Positions 56,227-64,000 of a stretch of 64,000 nt of DNA are shown one piece after another. A program made the position numbers and the translations under genes. Source of the stretch: a virus (lineage: Duplodnaviria > Heunggongvirae > Uroviricota > Caudoviricetes); IMG/VR virus record IMGVR_UViG_3300027792_000307, positions 866-64,865 of that record; one strand, 5' to 3'. A model generated the notes under the pieces. That model did not search any database, was not told the origin of the DNA, and saw only the letters and a program-made list of their open reading frames with translations. Within the stretch, counting starts at the first letter, position 1, and each line of letters opens with the position of its first letter.

Positions 56227-56760
56227 ATGAGTAAAATTTTAGAAACAGCAGCTATTATTGTGGCTATTGTCGCAATAATGATATCCTGCGTAGCAGTGGG
56301 ATTAAACCGAGAACCAGGACCAAAGGGTAGTATTGGTCAAATTGGTCCAATAGGTCCAACTGGGGCAACTGGGGCAACAGGTCCGCAAGGATTACCAGGA
56401 AAAGATGGAATTAATGCACCGGTAAATAAACTCCCAATTATAAAACTTAATAATATGGGTGGAAATTACGTGGCAATTCTCCCGAGGATTTGTAATTATT
56501 GCAAATATGAGTATACAATTTCAGTAGTTATAGATGATCCAGAAGATGAAACAATGAAAGTTACATTCAATTATGCAAATAGTATTTCTGGACCTTGGAA
56601 TGAGGTTAGTGTATTCTATGGTAAGGATGGAACTTACTCAGCCACCACAGAATTCCAATATGAAACCCCGCAGGGAGTTAAAAAAATCTATTGGTTAGTT
56701 GAAGCATGGGATGGTTCGGATATATCAACGGAAATTTTCCCACAAGAAATTTCCCCTTAG
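56227..56760 (+). CDS. membrane-anchored collagen-like (Gly-X-Y repeat) protein
   Basis: TM helix then GPKGSIGQIGPIGPTGATGATGPQGLPGKDG (10 consecutive G-X-Y triplets). Confidence 0.75.
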   Translation: MSKILETAAIIVAIVAIMISCVAVGLNREPGPKGSIGQIGPIGPTGATGATGPQGLPGKDGINAPVNKLPIIKLNNMGGNYVAILPRICNYCKYEYTISVVIDDPEDETMKVTFNYANSISGPWNEVSVFYGKDGTYSATTEFQYETPQGVKKIYWLVEAWDGSDISTEIFPQEISP

Positions 56761-57084
56761 ATTTATTTAATATGTTATTGATGTAATAAATAGGAAATAA
56801 AAATGGCGAAAAAAACTAAAAAAGATAAGGCTAAGAAAGAAGAACAAAAGCAGAAGAAAAAACAGAAGAAAAAATAAAAAGGGGAATTTTATTCCCCAAC
56901 CTACAAGGTGATATTATGAGGAAAATTAAAATAATAACACAGGATTTAGGAATAAAGGAAACCCACGAAGACTTTGAAAAAAGAGTGATAGAATTTATAA
57001 ATAAAGCAAATGTTTATGATGTAAATTACTCGCTAGCCTATGATGCTGGATTTGATGATTATGTTAATAGCGTCCTGGTGATAT

Positions 57085-57318
57085 ATGATGATTAAAAAAG
57101 ATAAAGAAATAGACTGCTGGTGTGGTTTTAAATCTTACTATCATCACACATCCACAGCAAATAGAAAAGACGGAAAGATAACTGTTTGGTATAAGTGTAG
57201 TGATAAACACATGACACCGGTAGATGTTAATTATAAAGCTGTCACCAAAGAACCAGTTAAAAAGAAGAAGGAGAAGAAGGATGGAAAAGACAAAAAAACC
57301 GAAGTGCCTACACAATAG
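57085..57318 (+). CDS. lysine-rich Cys-containing small protein
   Basis: 77-aa ORF; an overlapping alternative-frame ORF (57224..57418) also exists. Confidence 0.4.
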   Translation: MMIKKDKEIDCWCGFKSYYHHTSTANRKDGKITVWYKCSDKHMTPVDVNYKAVTKEPVKKKKEKKDGKDKKTEVPTQ

Positions 57319-57414
57319 GTCTGTTGATTGCGATATATTTGATGATACGATAAACTGCTGGTATGAGAGTTGGATGTTATGCAGACAAGCTAAATCCAAA
57401 AGAGATAAGAAAAA

Positions 57415-57738
57415 ATGACTTTATTTAGTAAAGAAAAAGAGAAATATTATTTTTGTGAAAACTGCGGGTCTATAAAATCTGAAACAGAAATAAAGAATGA
57501 CAAAGTTGATAGACTGGCCTACGGAAGTAAAATATGTAACTGCGAATATGGTTATTTGAGATATGATAAACTATCGGATTCTTTTTTACCAGTTTATGGA
57601 AAAACATTTATTCCAATGGTAGAAATTCCAAAGGCAATTTACGATGTTCTTCATACTGAAGAAAATGAAATTATCCGTATGAGAATGTATAATAGTTGGA
57701 AGAAACAGATATCAGATGAAAAGGAGCAAGAATGTTAG
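57415..57738 (+). CDS. zinc-ribbon hypothetical protein
   Basis: CENCG..(n)..CNCEYG. Confidence 0.5.
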   Translation: MTLFSKEKEKYYFCENCGSIKSETEIKNDKVDRLAYGSKICNCEYGYLRYDKLSDSFLPVYGKTFIPMVEIPKAIYDVLHTEENEIIRMRMYNSWKKQISDEKEQEC

Positions 57739-58354
57739 GAAAAGTAAAGAATAAAGAGTATTTTAAGAACTATTTAGAAAAACTATCAACAGCGGAATTA
57801 CTTGCCTTAATGCAGGCAATTACAGAGTTTGGATTAGAAATGGCTGGGGCAACAGGTAAGTTCCCCAAAAAGGGATTTGATCAAGACGTTACTTGAATAT
57901 GAGACAACAGTACTATTGTAAAAGATGTGAAGAGTTCTTTCCCTTGAATGAATTCTCTCCAAAGAGATGTCCAAAATGTTTCTGTGGAGCAGAATTTATA
58001 CTCGGACCTTATCCAGTGAGTGAATATTTTTATTAGGAAAAAATGAATAATTTATTCGTTCCGTATATACCAATAATTCCATCGGATGAAACAATTGAAA
58101 CCTCGGGAGAGTTAATTATTGTAGGTATCATAGTTATATTAATAGTATTATTTAGTTTATTAGCATATAAGATATGGAAGGAAGAACATGAAACATAAAG
58201 ACAAAATTGAAGGCGTAATAATAGAAATCGACGATGGAGACAAATCAACCGACGATATTACGGAACTCCACGGAACCCTCGCAGAAGAAGCAGATAATGA
58301 CCTTGTGGAATTTGCCAAGAAGATTCTATTAGATAGGGGATATAAGGTGAGTAA

Positions 58355-58639
58355 ATGAAGAAACTGAAAACATTGAAAGACATAGAAGGTATTATAAATC
58401 CATCAGAATATTCGTGGGAAATAGATGAAATTGGCATAGGAAGTAATGAACTAAGAGAAGTAGCAAAAGAATGGATAAAAGAACTTGGGGAACCAGTTCC
58501 TATTTATGGAATTCCTATTATAACGGCAAAACTTAAGGAACTATCAGATAAGGAATTTGTTGAAGCATATAACTTACATATGAGAACTTCTGCACAAAAT
58601 ATTCTAAAACACTTCTTCAATTTGGAGGAAGAACAATGA
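58355..58639 (+). CDS. hypothetical protein
   Basis: 94-aa ORF. Confidence 0.5.
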   Translation: MKKLKTLKDIEGIINPSEYSWEIDEIGIGSNELREVAKEWIKELGEPVPIYGIPIITAKLKELSDKEFVEAYNLHMRTSAQNILKHFFNLEEEQ

Positions 58640-58935
58640 AAAAATTAAGTATATTAATCATAATACTAATAATCTTATCTTGTATATCCATTTCTGGGTG
58701 TACAGAAGAAGAGGAGAAAATACTGGAAGGAAAATTAACTGGTGTGGATTACAGAAAAGGAGGATGGGCAGAATACGATAAAATTGTTTTGATTATTGAT
58801 TCAATTCCATATAGATTCTATAATGGATTTGAATTTAAATTATTAGCAGAAGGGTTTATAAATAAAACTATTATAATAACTTATACCATTCGGAGTAATG
58901 AATATCCAATAATAAGTAAAATAGAGGAAAAATGA
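58636..58935 (+). CDS. putative lipoprotein
   Basis: Signal peptide + lipobox-like ISGCTEEE. Confidence 0.5.
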   Translation: MKKLSILIIILIILSCISISGCTEEEEKILEGKLTGVDYRKGGWAEYDKIVLIIDSIPYRFYNGFEFKLLAEGFINKTIIITYTIRSNEYPIISKIEEK

Positions 58936-59171
58936 GATTTATACCATTAACTGAAATGAAAGCAAATGAAATAGGAACCATATCTTGCTTGAATTGTGGT
59001 GATACCTGTTGCCAACGCCTTTGTGATATGGGTTTAACCAAGGGAACAGAGATTAAATTGCTTCGAATGGTTCCTTATGGGCCAGTTGAAATAACTGTGA
59101 GAGGAACAAACCTTGTCATAGGAAGAGGAATGGCTAGTAAGGTTTATGTTGAGGTGGAAGAATGTTTATAG
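58932..59171 (+). CDS. FeoA-domain-like small protein
   Basis: ..GTISCLNCGDT..RLCDMGLTKGTEIKLLRMVPYGPVEITVRGTNLVIGRGMASKVYV fits the FeoA SH3-like pattern (rL.dmGl.pG..i.v.r..p.gP..i.v.g..lalgr..A..i.V). Confidence 0.55.
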   Translation: MRFIPLTEMKANEIGTISCLNCGDTCCQRLCDMGLTKGTEIKLLRMVPYGPVEITVRGTNLVIGRGMASKVYVEVEECL

Positions 59172-59362
59172 AAATCGTAATAGCAGCACTGCTTATCATA
59201 ATGGATATTCTCTGTTTCACGTTTCCATACCTATATTCCACAGAATTTGAGAAACTTTATTATAAGATATTAATTCTACTCAGTGGGTATTCTCTATGGA
59301 TAATGGGAAATTTGGTTGCCTTGGAATTAATTGGAGTAATTACATTTGTTCCGTTATGGTAA
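59162..59362 (+). CDS. small membrane protein
   Basis: Two TM helices. Confidence 0.45.
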   Translation: MFIEIVIAALLIIMDILCFTFPYLYSTEFEKLYYKILILLSGYSLWIMGNLVALELIGVITFVPLW

Positions 59363-59374
59363 AGGTGGAAGAAA

Positions 59375-59698
59375 ATGAGTGAAGATAATTGGATTGGAAT
59401 TATCATACCAACAAAAGATGGGAAATATATGATGGCAAGAGCAACAATCGAAGAAGATAAAACTATAGAAACTTTAAACGATGCAGCAATAACTGTATCA
59501 GATTCAGAAGGAAAGAAAGAGGATTTAAAATATCCATTTGTATTATTGGAGGATATCGAAACCCTCAGACAGAAGCTGATCGAAGATATCGCTGATTATG
59601 ATAGTTATCTTTCTGATAAAGGAATTGATGGAGTTTGGGAAGCACCAAAAGCAGATATAATTGAAATCATCAACAAACGATTTGGAGTGGAAAAATGA
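59375..59698 (+). CDS. acidic hypothetical protein
   Basis: 107-aa ORF. Confidence 0.5.
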   Translation: MSEDNWIGIIIPTKDGKYMMARATIEEDKTIETLNDAAITVSDSEGKKEDLKYPFVLLEDIETLRQKLIEDIADYDSYLSDKGIDGVWEAPKADIIEIINKRFGVEK

Positions 59699-59937
59699 TA
59701 CATAAAAAATCAGTAAAAGAAATGTGTGAAGAATTTGATAGAAAAATGGAAAACCTTGAGAATCCTAAAGAACCAGAGATTAAGTCTAAATGTGAATTAT
59801 GTAAAATTACATTGGAAGCACATAGAGAAAGTTCTATGCCAAATAATCCAGTTTTTGGTCAAACCTATCGTTCATATGTAGATTACTATTATTGTCCAAA
59901 TTGCAAATTAATGTATAGTCCAATGGTAGAAGAATGA
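59695..59937 (+). CDS. zinc-ribbon hypothetical protein
   Basis: CELCK..(n)..CPNCK. Confidence 0.5.
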   Translation: MIHKKSVKEMCEEFDRKMENLENPKEPEIKSKCELCKITLEAHRESSMPNNPVFGQTYRSYVDYYYCPNCKLMYSPMVEE

Positions 59938-59971
59938 AAATGTTTAACTATGTTTTAAAGGAGATGAATAA

Positions 59972-60160
59972 ATGAGAAGTTTTGGAAGAGGAAGAGGATT
60001 TGCAGGTCGTGGAAGAATGCCTGGAGGAGATAGACCAGGAAGTGGACCCGGAGGTAGCTGCGTGTGTCCATCATGTGGATATACAATGGCACATTCAAGA
60101 TACTCCCCGTGCAACCAAAGAAAATGCCCAAAATGTGGCACAACATTAACTAGAGAGTGA
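59972..60160 (+). CDS. RG/RGG-rich zinc-ribbon small protein
   Basis: GRGRGFAGRGRMPGG then CVCPSCGY..(n)..CPKCG. Confidence 0.5.
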   Translation: MRSFGRGRGFAGRGRMPGGDRPGSGPGGSCVCPSCGYTMAHSRYSPCNQRKCPKCGTTLTRE

Positions 60161-60305
60161 ACTATGACTGAAGATGTTCATTTATGTGAAACTTGTAAAT
60201 GGTGGGATTATCTAACAGATACCTGCCATTTTCAACCATTTATGACCCAAACCGGGAAATTAAGATTTCCTAAAATAGCAAGTAAAGTACATAAGTGTGG
60301 GAAAT

Positions 60306-60530
60306 ATGAAAATAATCCAAAAAGAAAGTAAATCGACATATTATGATATAGATAAACCTTGTTGTAAACAAATGAAAAAACATCTTAAACATAATGTTAC
60401 AGTTCAAAATGGGCATGCTCAATTCCAGCTAATAATGGATAATCGATATTCTATGGAGACATTAAACTTTAATTACTGTCCTTGGTGTGGGCAGCAGATA
60501 ACAGATGAAATTGAGTGGGCGTTAAAATGA
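60306..60530 (+). CDS. Cys-containing hypothetical protein
   Basis: 75-aa ORF. Confidence 0.45.
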   Translation: MKIIQKESKSTYYDIDKPCCKQMKKHLKHNVTVQNGHAQFQLIMDNRYSMETLNFNYCPWCGQQITDEIEWALK

Positions 60531-60775
60531 AAGTAATTAATAAACTCTTTTGTCCGATTTGCGGTAAAGAAATGGATGCAGATTGTCATGCAGTTGAAGA
60601 TGGTGCAAAATGGATGGGTAATCCACCAGATTGGTCGCTTGATACAAAGAAAGCAAGAGATATAGATAATTGGATTTGTATAGACCATCCAGAACATAAG
60701 CATTGCGTGGTTTTTTGTAGAGAAGACATTAAAGATTGGTTAGAAGAAAAATATAAAGAGGAAAGTGGACTATGA
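60527..60775 (+). CDS. zinc-ribbon hypothetical protein
   Basis: CPICGKEMDADCH..(n)..H..HC. Confidence 0.5.
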   Translation: MKVINKLFCPICGKEMDADCHAVEDGAKWMGNPPDWSLDTKKARDIDNWICIDHPEHKHCVVFCREDIKDWLEEKYKEESGL

Positions 60776-62658
60776 AAGTGATAAAAAAAAGTGGTTTTCG
60801 CCAAGATTATCAGGTGGAAAAGATTAAGATAGCCTTACAGAAAACAGCAAAATCAATTAATGAGGAATTCAAGGAAGCAGATTGGAAAGAATTCAAACCA
60901 AGGGTTCTTGCTAGATTAGAACCTGTTATGGAAAATAGAGAGGAAATCTTCTTCTGGGAGATAGACGATGCAGTTATTGATTCATTACTTCGAAGCAGAT
61001 TCAAGGAGATTGCCAAGGAATATATCCAGTCACGAAGTAGGATTAGAAAGGATAAACTTAATGATTTGGGTCTTTCTCCAGTCGCTATGCAATTATTAAA
61101 GGAACGATATTTAAAGAAAGATGACAAAGAGGAACCCATAGAGACAGCGAAGGAAATGATGTGTAGAATTGCCACTGCAATTTCAAGTGTAGAAAAACAA
61201 CAAAAATTGAAGGAAGAATATTCAGAGAAGTTTACTAATATGCTCTGCAATTTGGAATTCCTCCCAAATAGTCCCTGCATTTTTAATGCTGGAACTGGTA
61301 GAAGAGGAACACTAGCAGCTTGCTTTGGTTATACAATAGAAGATTCTCTGGACTCTATATTTGAAACTCTTAAATTATCTGCTAAAACATTCCAAATGGG
61401 TGGAGGAGTAGGAATTAATATATCTAAATTAAGGGAAGCTGGTTGCAGTATAAAATCTTCCCACGGCACCTCTTCTGGGCCTATAGCATTCTTATATCTA
61501 TTTGATACTATGGTAGAAACAGTTAAATCTGGTGGAGCTCGTAGAGGGGCTATGTTGTCTATGATGCATTATACGCACCCAGATATAGAGAAGTTTATAG
61601 ATTGCAAGAATCAAACAAACCAATTAAATAATATGAATGTAAGCGTTCTTTTAGATGATAAATTTATAAAAGCTGTAGACAAGGACGAGTTAATTGTTCT
61701 AAAATCACCTAAAACTGGAAAAGAGATAAACGCAATTCCTGCAAGGCAGCTATTAGAATCTATAGCAATTCATATCTATAATACAGGTGAACCGGGAGTA
61801 TTGTTTGATGAGAATATAAATAAGGACAATCCAACACCACATCTTGGTCCTTTAGATGTAATTAATCCGTGCGGTGAAAGCCCTATGAGAGGAACTCCTG
61901 GAGAAAGTTGTAATCTTGGTTCTATAAATCTTACAAAATTTGTAAGAGATAAAGATGTAGACTGGGATAGACTCTCCGAAATAACCAAATTAGCAGTGAG
62001 ATTTTTAGATAATATGATAGATGCAAGTGCTTATCCATCGAAGATAGTAGAACAATCAGTTAAAGATACCAGAAAGATAGGATTAGGCATTATGGGATTT
62101 GCTGATTTGTTAATTATGATGGATATAAAATATAGCTCTAAACAGGCAATAGAAATGGCTGGTAAGATTACTTCTTTCATAAGTGATGTAGCAAGTCAAT
62201 ATTCTACAGAATTAGGAAAAGAAAAAGGAACCTATCTCGCTTATAAGGAAGGATATAAGAATAGAAGGAATTCTGTTTGCTGTATTGTTGCACCAACGGG
62301 AACTTTATCTCTATTAGCTGGATGCTCTTCTGGGATAGAACCGAACTTCTCAAAGGAATACACAAGAATTTTGGGCAACGAGATAGTAAAAATTGCTCAT
62401 CCGCTCAAGGATAATTCTTCATTCGAAATGACATATGATGTTCCGGTAGAGCAACATTTAGCAATACAAGCAGAAGTTCAGAAAAATATTGAGGGAGCAA
62501 TTAGTAAGACAATCAACGCACCAGAAAATATAACTGTAAGAGAAATAAAAGAATTGATAATCAAGGCCCATAAATTAGGAATTAAAGGATTTACTTTGTT
62601 CAGGCAGAATTGTAGTAGAGAAGCTCTTATAAAAGGATGTACGGAGTGTCAAATATGA
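60772..62658 (+). CDS. nrdJ: class II (adenosylcobalamin-type) ribonucleotide reductase with N-terminal ATP-cone
   Basis: ATP-cone start VIKKSGFRQDYQVEKIKIAL; NSPCIFNAG; GGGVGINISKLREAGCSIKSSHGTSSGPIAF; NPCGE and CNLGSINL active-site motifs; C-terminal Cys pair GCTECQI. No glycyl-radical motif. Confidence 0.75.
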   Translation: MKVIKKSGFRQDYQVEKIKIALQKTAKSINEEFKEADWKEFKPRVLARLEPVMENREEIFFWEIDDAVIDSLLRSRFKEIAKEYIQSRSRIRKDKLNDLGLSPVAMQLLKERYLKKDDKEEPIETAKEMMCRIATAISSVEKQQKLKEEYSEKFTNMLCNLEFLPNSPCIFNAGTGRRGTLAACFGYTIEDSLDSIFETLKLSAKTFQMGGGVGINISKLREAGCSIKSSHGTSSGPIAFLYLFDTMVETVKSGGARRGAMLSMMHYTHPDIEKFIDCKNQTNQLNNMNVSVLLDDKFIKAVDKDELIVLKSPKTGKEINAIPARQLLESIAIHIYNTGEPGVLFDENINKDNPTPHLGPLDVINPCGESPMRGTPGESCNLGSINLTKFVRDKDVDWDRLSEITKLAVRFLDNMIDASAYPSKIVEQSVKDTRKIGLGIMGFADLLIMMDIKYSSKQAIEMAGKITSFISDVASQYSTELGKEKGTYLAYKEGYKNRRNSVCCIVAPTGTLSLLAGCSSGIEPNFSKEYTRILGNEIVKIAHPLKDNSSFEMTYDVPVEQHLAIQAEVQKNIEGAISKTINAPENITVREIKELIIKAHKLGIKGFTLFRQNCSREALIKGCTECQI

Positions 62659-62897
62659 ATAAGGAAGAAAAGGTGGTTATAGATTGTTTGGACGAAATGT
62701 ATAAAGCGAGCGATCCACCGATTACCTGGAAACGGATATTAAGAGACTATTCCAACACCGATATTCAATTCTGCCAGCTACATAAGATAAAGGAGGAAGA
62801 CTACATTAGAATCAAGGAAAAATATAAGAAGAAGTTATCCAAAGCTTACCACAAGTCTTTAGAGATGGATTTACTTAATTATGCTCCTTCAATATAA
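62655..62897 (+). CDS. hypothetical protein
   Basis: ATGA-overlap start. Confidence 0.5.
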   Translation: MNKEEKVVIDCLDEMYKASDPPITWKRILRDYSNTDIQFCQLHKIKEEDYIRIKEKYKKKLSKAYHKSLEMDLLNYAPSI

Positions 62898-62909
62898 GGA
62901 GAGAACCAT

Positions 62910-62935
62910 TTTACCTAGGCAAATGTGCCTAAAAA
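62910..62935 (+). terminator. hairpin TAGGCA-aatg-TGCCTA followed by A-rich tract
   Basis: Perfect 6-bp inverted repeat read directly after the RNR operon. Confidence 0.35.
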
Positions 62936-63020
62936 TGAAAATGTGCTCAGAAATAGCATATATTAGCTATATTTTCTTTAAAAATAGCAAGATGTACTAA
63001 CAAAAAAAAAAGGTGTATGT

Positions 63021-63272
63021 GTGATTAGAGTTTATAGCATGAAAAACTGCAAATATTGCGAGCAGGCGAAGGAATATCTTAAGGAAAGGGGAATTCCCTA
63101 CGAGGAAATAAACCTTTCAGATAAGAACAACGGAGAGGCAAGGAAATACTATAGAAGCCTTGGAATAAACGTTGCCCCGATAATCACGGAGAATTCCTGG
63201 ATTATATGTGGGTTTGATGAAGAGAAGAAATGTCTATTAGATAAATATATCAAAGGAGTCCATGAAGAATAA
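63021..63272 (+). CDS. glutaredoxin (NrdH/Grx-like redoxin), GTG start
   Basis: IRVYSMKNCKYCEQAKEYL (CxxC active site in glutaredoxin context), AAAGGTG SD. Confidence 0.7.
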   Translation: MIRVYSMKNCKYCEQAKEYLKERGIPYEEINLSDKNNGEARKYYRSLGINVAPIITENSWIICGFDEEKKCLLDKYIKGVHEE

Positions 63273-63453
63273 GAGTAATAAAAAAGCGGAAGAAGACATA
63301 CACATCGTAACTCGTGGGGTTAGAATCAATACTCCTGGGGTTCAGGTGGAACTTCAATCAAATGACCACCGAGAAACATTGAAAGATATTAAAAAAATGG
63401 CAGAAGAACTTATAGATAAGTATAAGGAAAAACAGGATGGTAATTGTAGATGA
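63262..63453 (+). CDS. hypothetical small protein
   Basis: 63-aa ORF. Confidence 0.45.
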   Translation: MKNKSNKKAEEDIHIVTRGVRINTPGVQVELQSNDHRETLKDIKKMAEELIDKYKEKQDGNCR

Positions 63454-63893
63454 AAGCGGAAGATATAGATGAGCTATTTAAACTGATGGAAAAGATGATG
63501 AACGGGCAATATTATAATGGTGGAGCATATATGAAGCAACCTCTATTAGATGATGATTCCGATGAAGATGATTCTATTGATATAACAGAAGATAGTAAAT
63601 ACATATATATAACGGTTGAATTAAGAGGTATTAATAAAGAGGACTTTAATGTTCTCGTTGAACCCTACGCGGTTATATTGGAAGTATTTTCTGAGGGTAA
63701 ATGGTATAGTGACAAATTTAATTTGCCACATAAAGTTAAGAGAAAAGCGAAGATAGAGTTTAATAATTGTATATTAGATGTTATTTTAACAAAGGATAAG
63801 GAGAAAAATGGCAAGGATAAGAAAGGAAAGTCCGGAAAAAGTAGAGGAAGTATTAGAGGCACTAACGGCAAAGAATCCCCGGAAATCGCCTAA
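63450..63893 (+). CDS. Hsp20/alpha-crystallin-like small heat-shock protein
   Basis: ITEDSKYIYITVELRGINKEDFNVLVEPYAVILEV then ILDVIL (IxI-like) motif. 3' end probably shorter than the ORF (overlaps next gene). Confidence 0.6.
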   Translation: MKAEDIDELFKLMEKMMNGQYYNGGAYMKQPLLDDDSDEDDSIDITEDSKYIYITVELRGINKEDFNVLVEPYAVILEVFSEGKWYSDKFNLPHKVKRKAKIEFNNCILDVILTKDKEKNGKDKKGKSGKSRGSIRGTNGKESPEIA

Positions 63894-64000
63894 TGGGTAT
63901 ATTCCTGTAAAATACGATGATATTGAGTTATGGTTTGACCCATCCGATGGAAAGTATTTTGCAACTATTAGATTAGGAACGAAGAAATTGACTTTGGAGG
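63808..64000 (+). CDS. hypothetical protein, 3'-partial at window end
   Basis: AGGAG 6 nt upstream of ATG; MARIRKESPEKVEEVLEALTAK.. open to window end. Confidence 0.45.
   Translation, partial: MARIRKESPEKVEEVLEALTAKNPRKSPNGYIPVKYDDIELWFDPSDGKYFATIRLGTKKLTLE

Noticed and set aside
57224-57418. 64-aa ORF overlapping 57085..57318 in another frame
   Set aside because: Both are K/R-rich low-complexity translations of an A-rich stretch. Only one (57085) is listed, at low confidence, because its start follows the upstream stop.
60772-62658. Class III (anaerobic, NrdD) ribonucleotide reductase because of the ATP-cone
   Set aside because: There is no C-terminal glycyl-radical motif (RVxGY) or four-Cys zinc site. 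NPCGE and CNLGSINL with a C-terminal Cys pair fit class II.

Overview
This reads as a strongly AT-rich, virus-like replicon segment. Every confident gene is on the + strand and genes are tightly packed. Very many gene junctions use an ATGA stop/start overlap preceded by GGAGG-type Shine-Dalgarno sequences. The first ~3.1 kb is different: higher GC, essentially non-coding, and saturated with short motifs (GGTGGGACC and its reverse complement GGTCCCACC, and CGTGCTAR/YTAGCACG) arranged as inverted-repeat units. Two further ~1 kb structured non-coding regions (3.1-4.1 kb and 5.76-6.8 kb) flank a 401-aa orphan ORF.

The most striking feature is an array of more than 40 small genes (60-110 aa). They are mostly contiguous from ~9.2 to 23.4 kb and recur at 26-30, 37.7-39.8 and 41.8-42.6 kb. 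Their last codons (..E-A-F-L-E-V-L-stop, about GCATTTCTGGAGGTATTATGA) double as the ribosome-binding site and overlapping start codon of the next gene.

Larger recognisable genes include:
- a MoxR-like AAA+ ATPase followed by a metallopeptidase/VWA protein;
- a cohesin+dockerin protein followed by a membrane-anchored cohesin;
- a zinc-ribbon repeat protein, a minimal C5-cytosine methyltransferase and a DPPY amino-methyltransferase;
- an SPFH/band-7 protein, a DHH (RecJ/GAN-like) phosphoesterase and a SWIM-zinc-finger fused to a RecA/RadA-like ATPase;
- an unannotated ribosomal protein eS17 (S17e) homologue with no canonical start codon;
- a MazG-like pyrophosphatase, an ERCC4/Hef-type nuclease with HhH, and an RNase-H-like 3'-5' exonuclease;
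- an archaeo-eukaryotic PriS-type primase, an HNH nuclease, a family-B DNA polymerase and a Cas4-like nuclease;
- LAGLIDADG and HNH homing endonucleases;
- two glycosyltransferases, a CX5R phosphatase, an alkaline-phosphatase-superfamily enzyme and a collagen-like protein;
- a FeoA-like protein, a class II ribonucleotide reductase with ATP-cone, a glutaredoxin and an Hsp20.

The eS17, PriS-type primase, Hef/XPF nuclease, RadA-like ATPase and DHH/GAN-like genes point to an archaeal or archaeal-like host. This is inference only. No rRNA or CRISPR array was found; one tRNA-like T-arm hairpin was seen but does not complete a cloverleaf.
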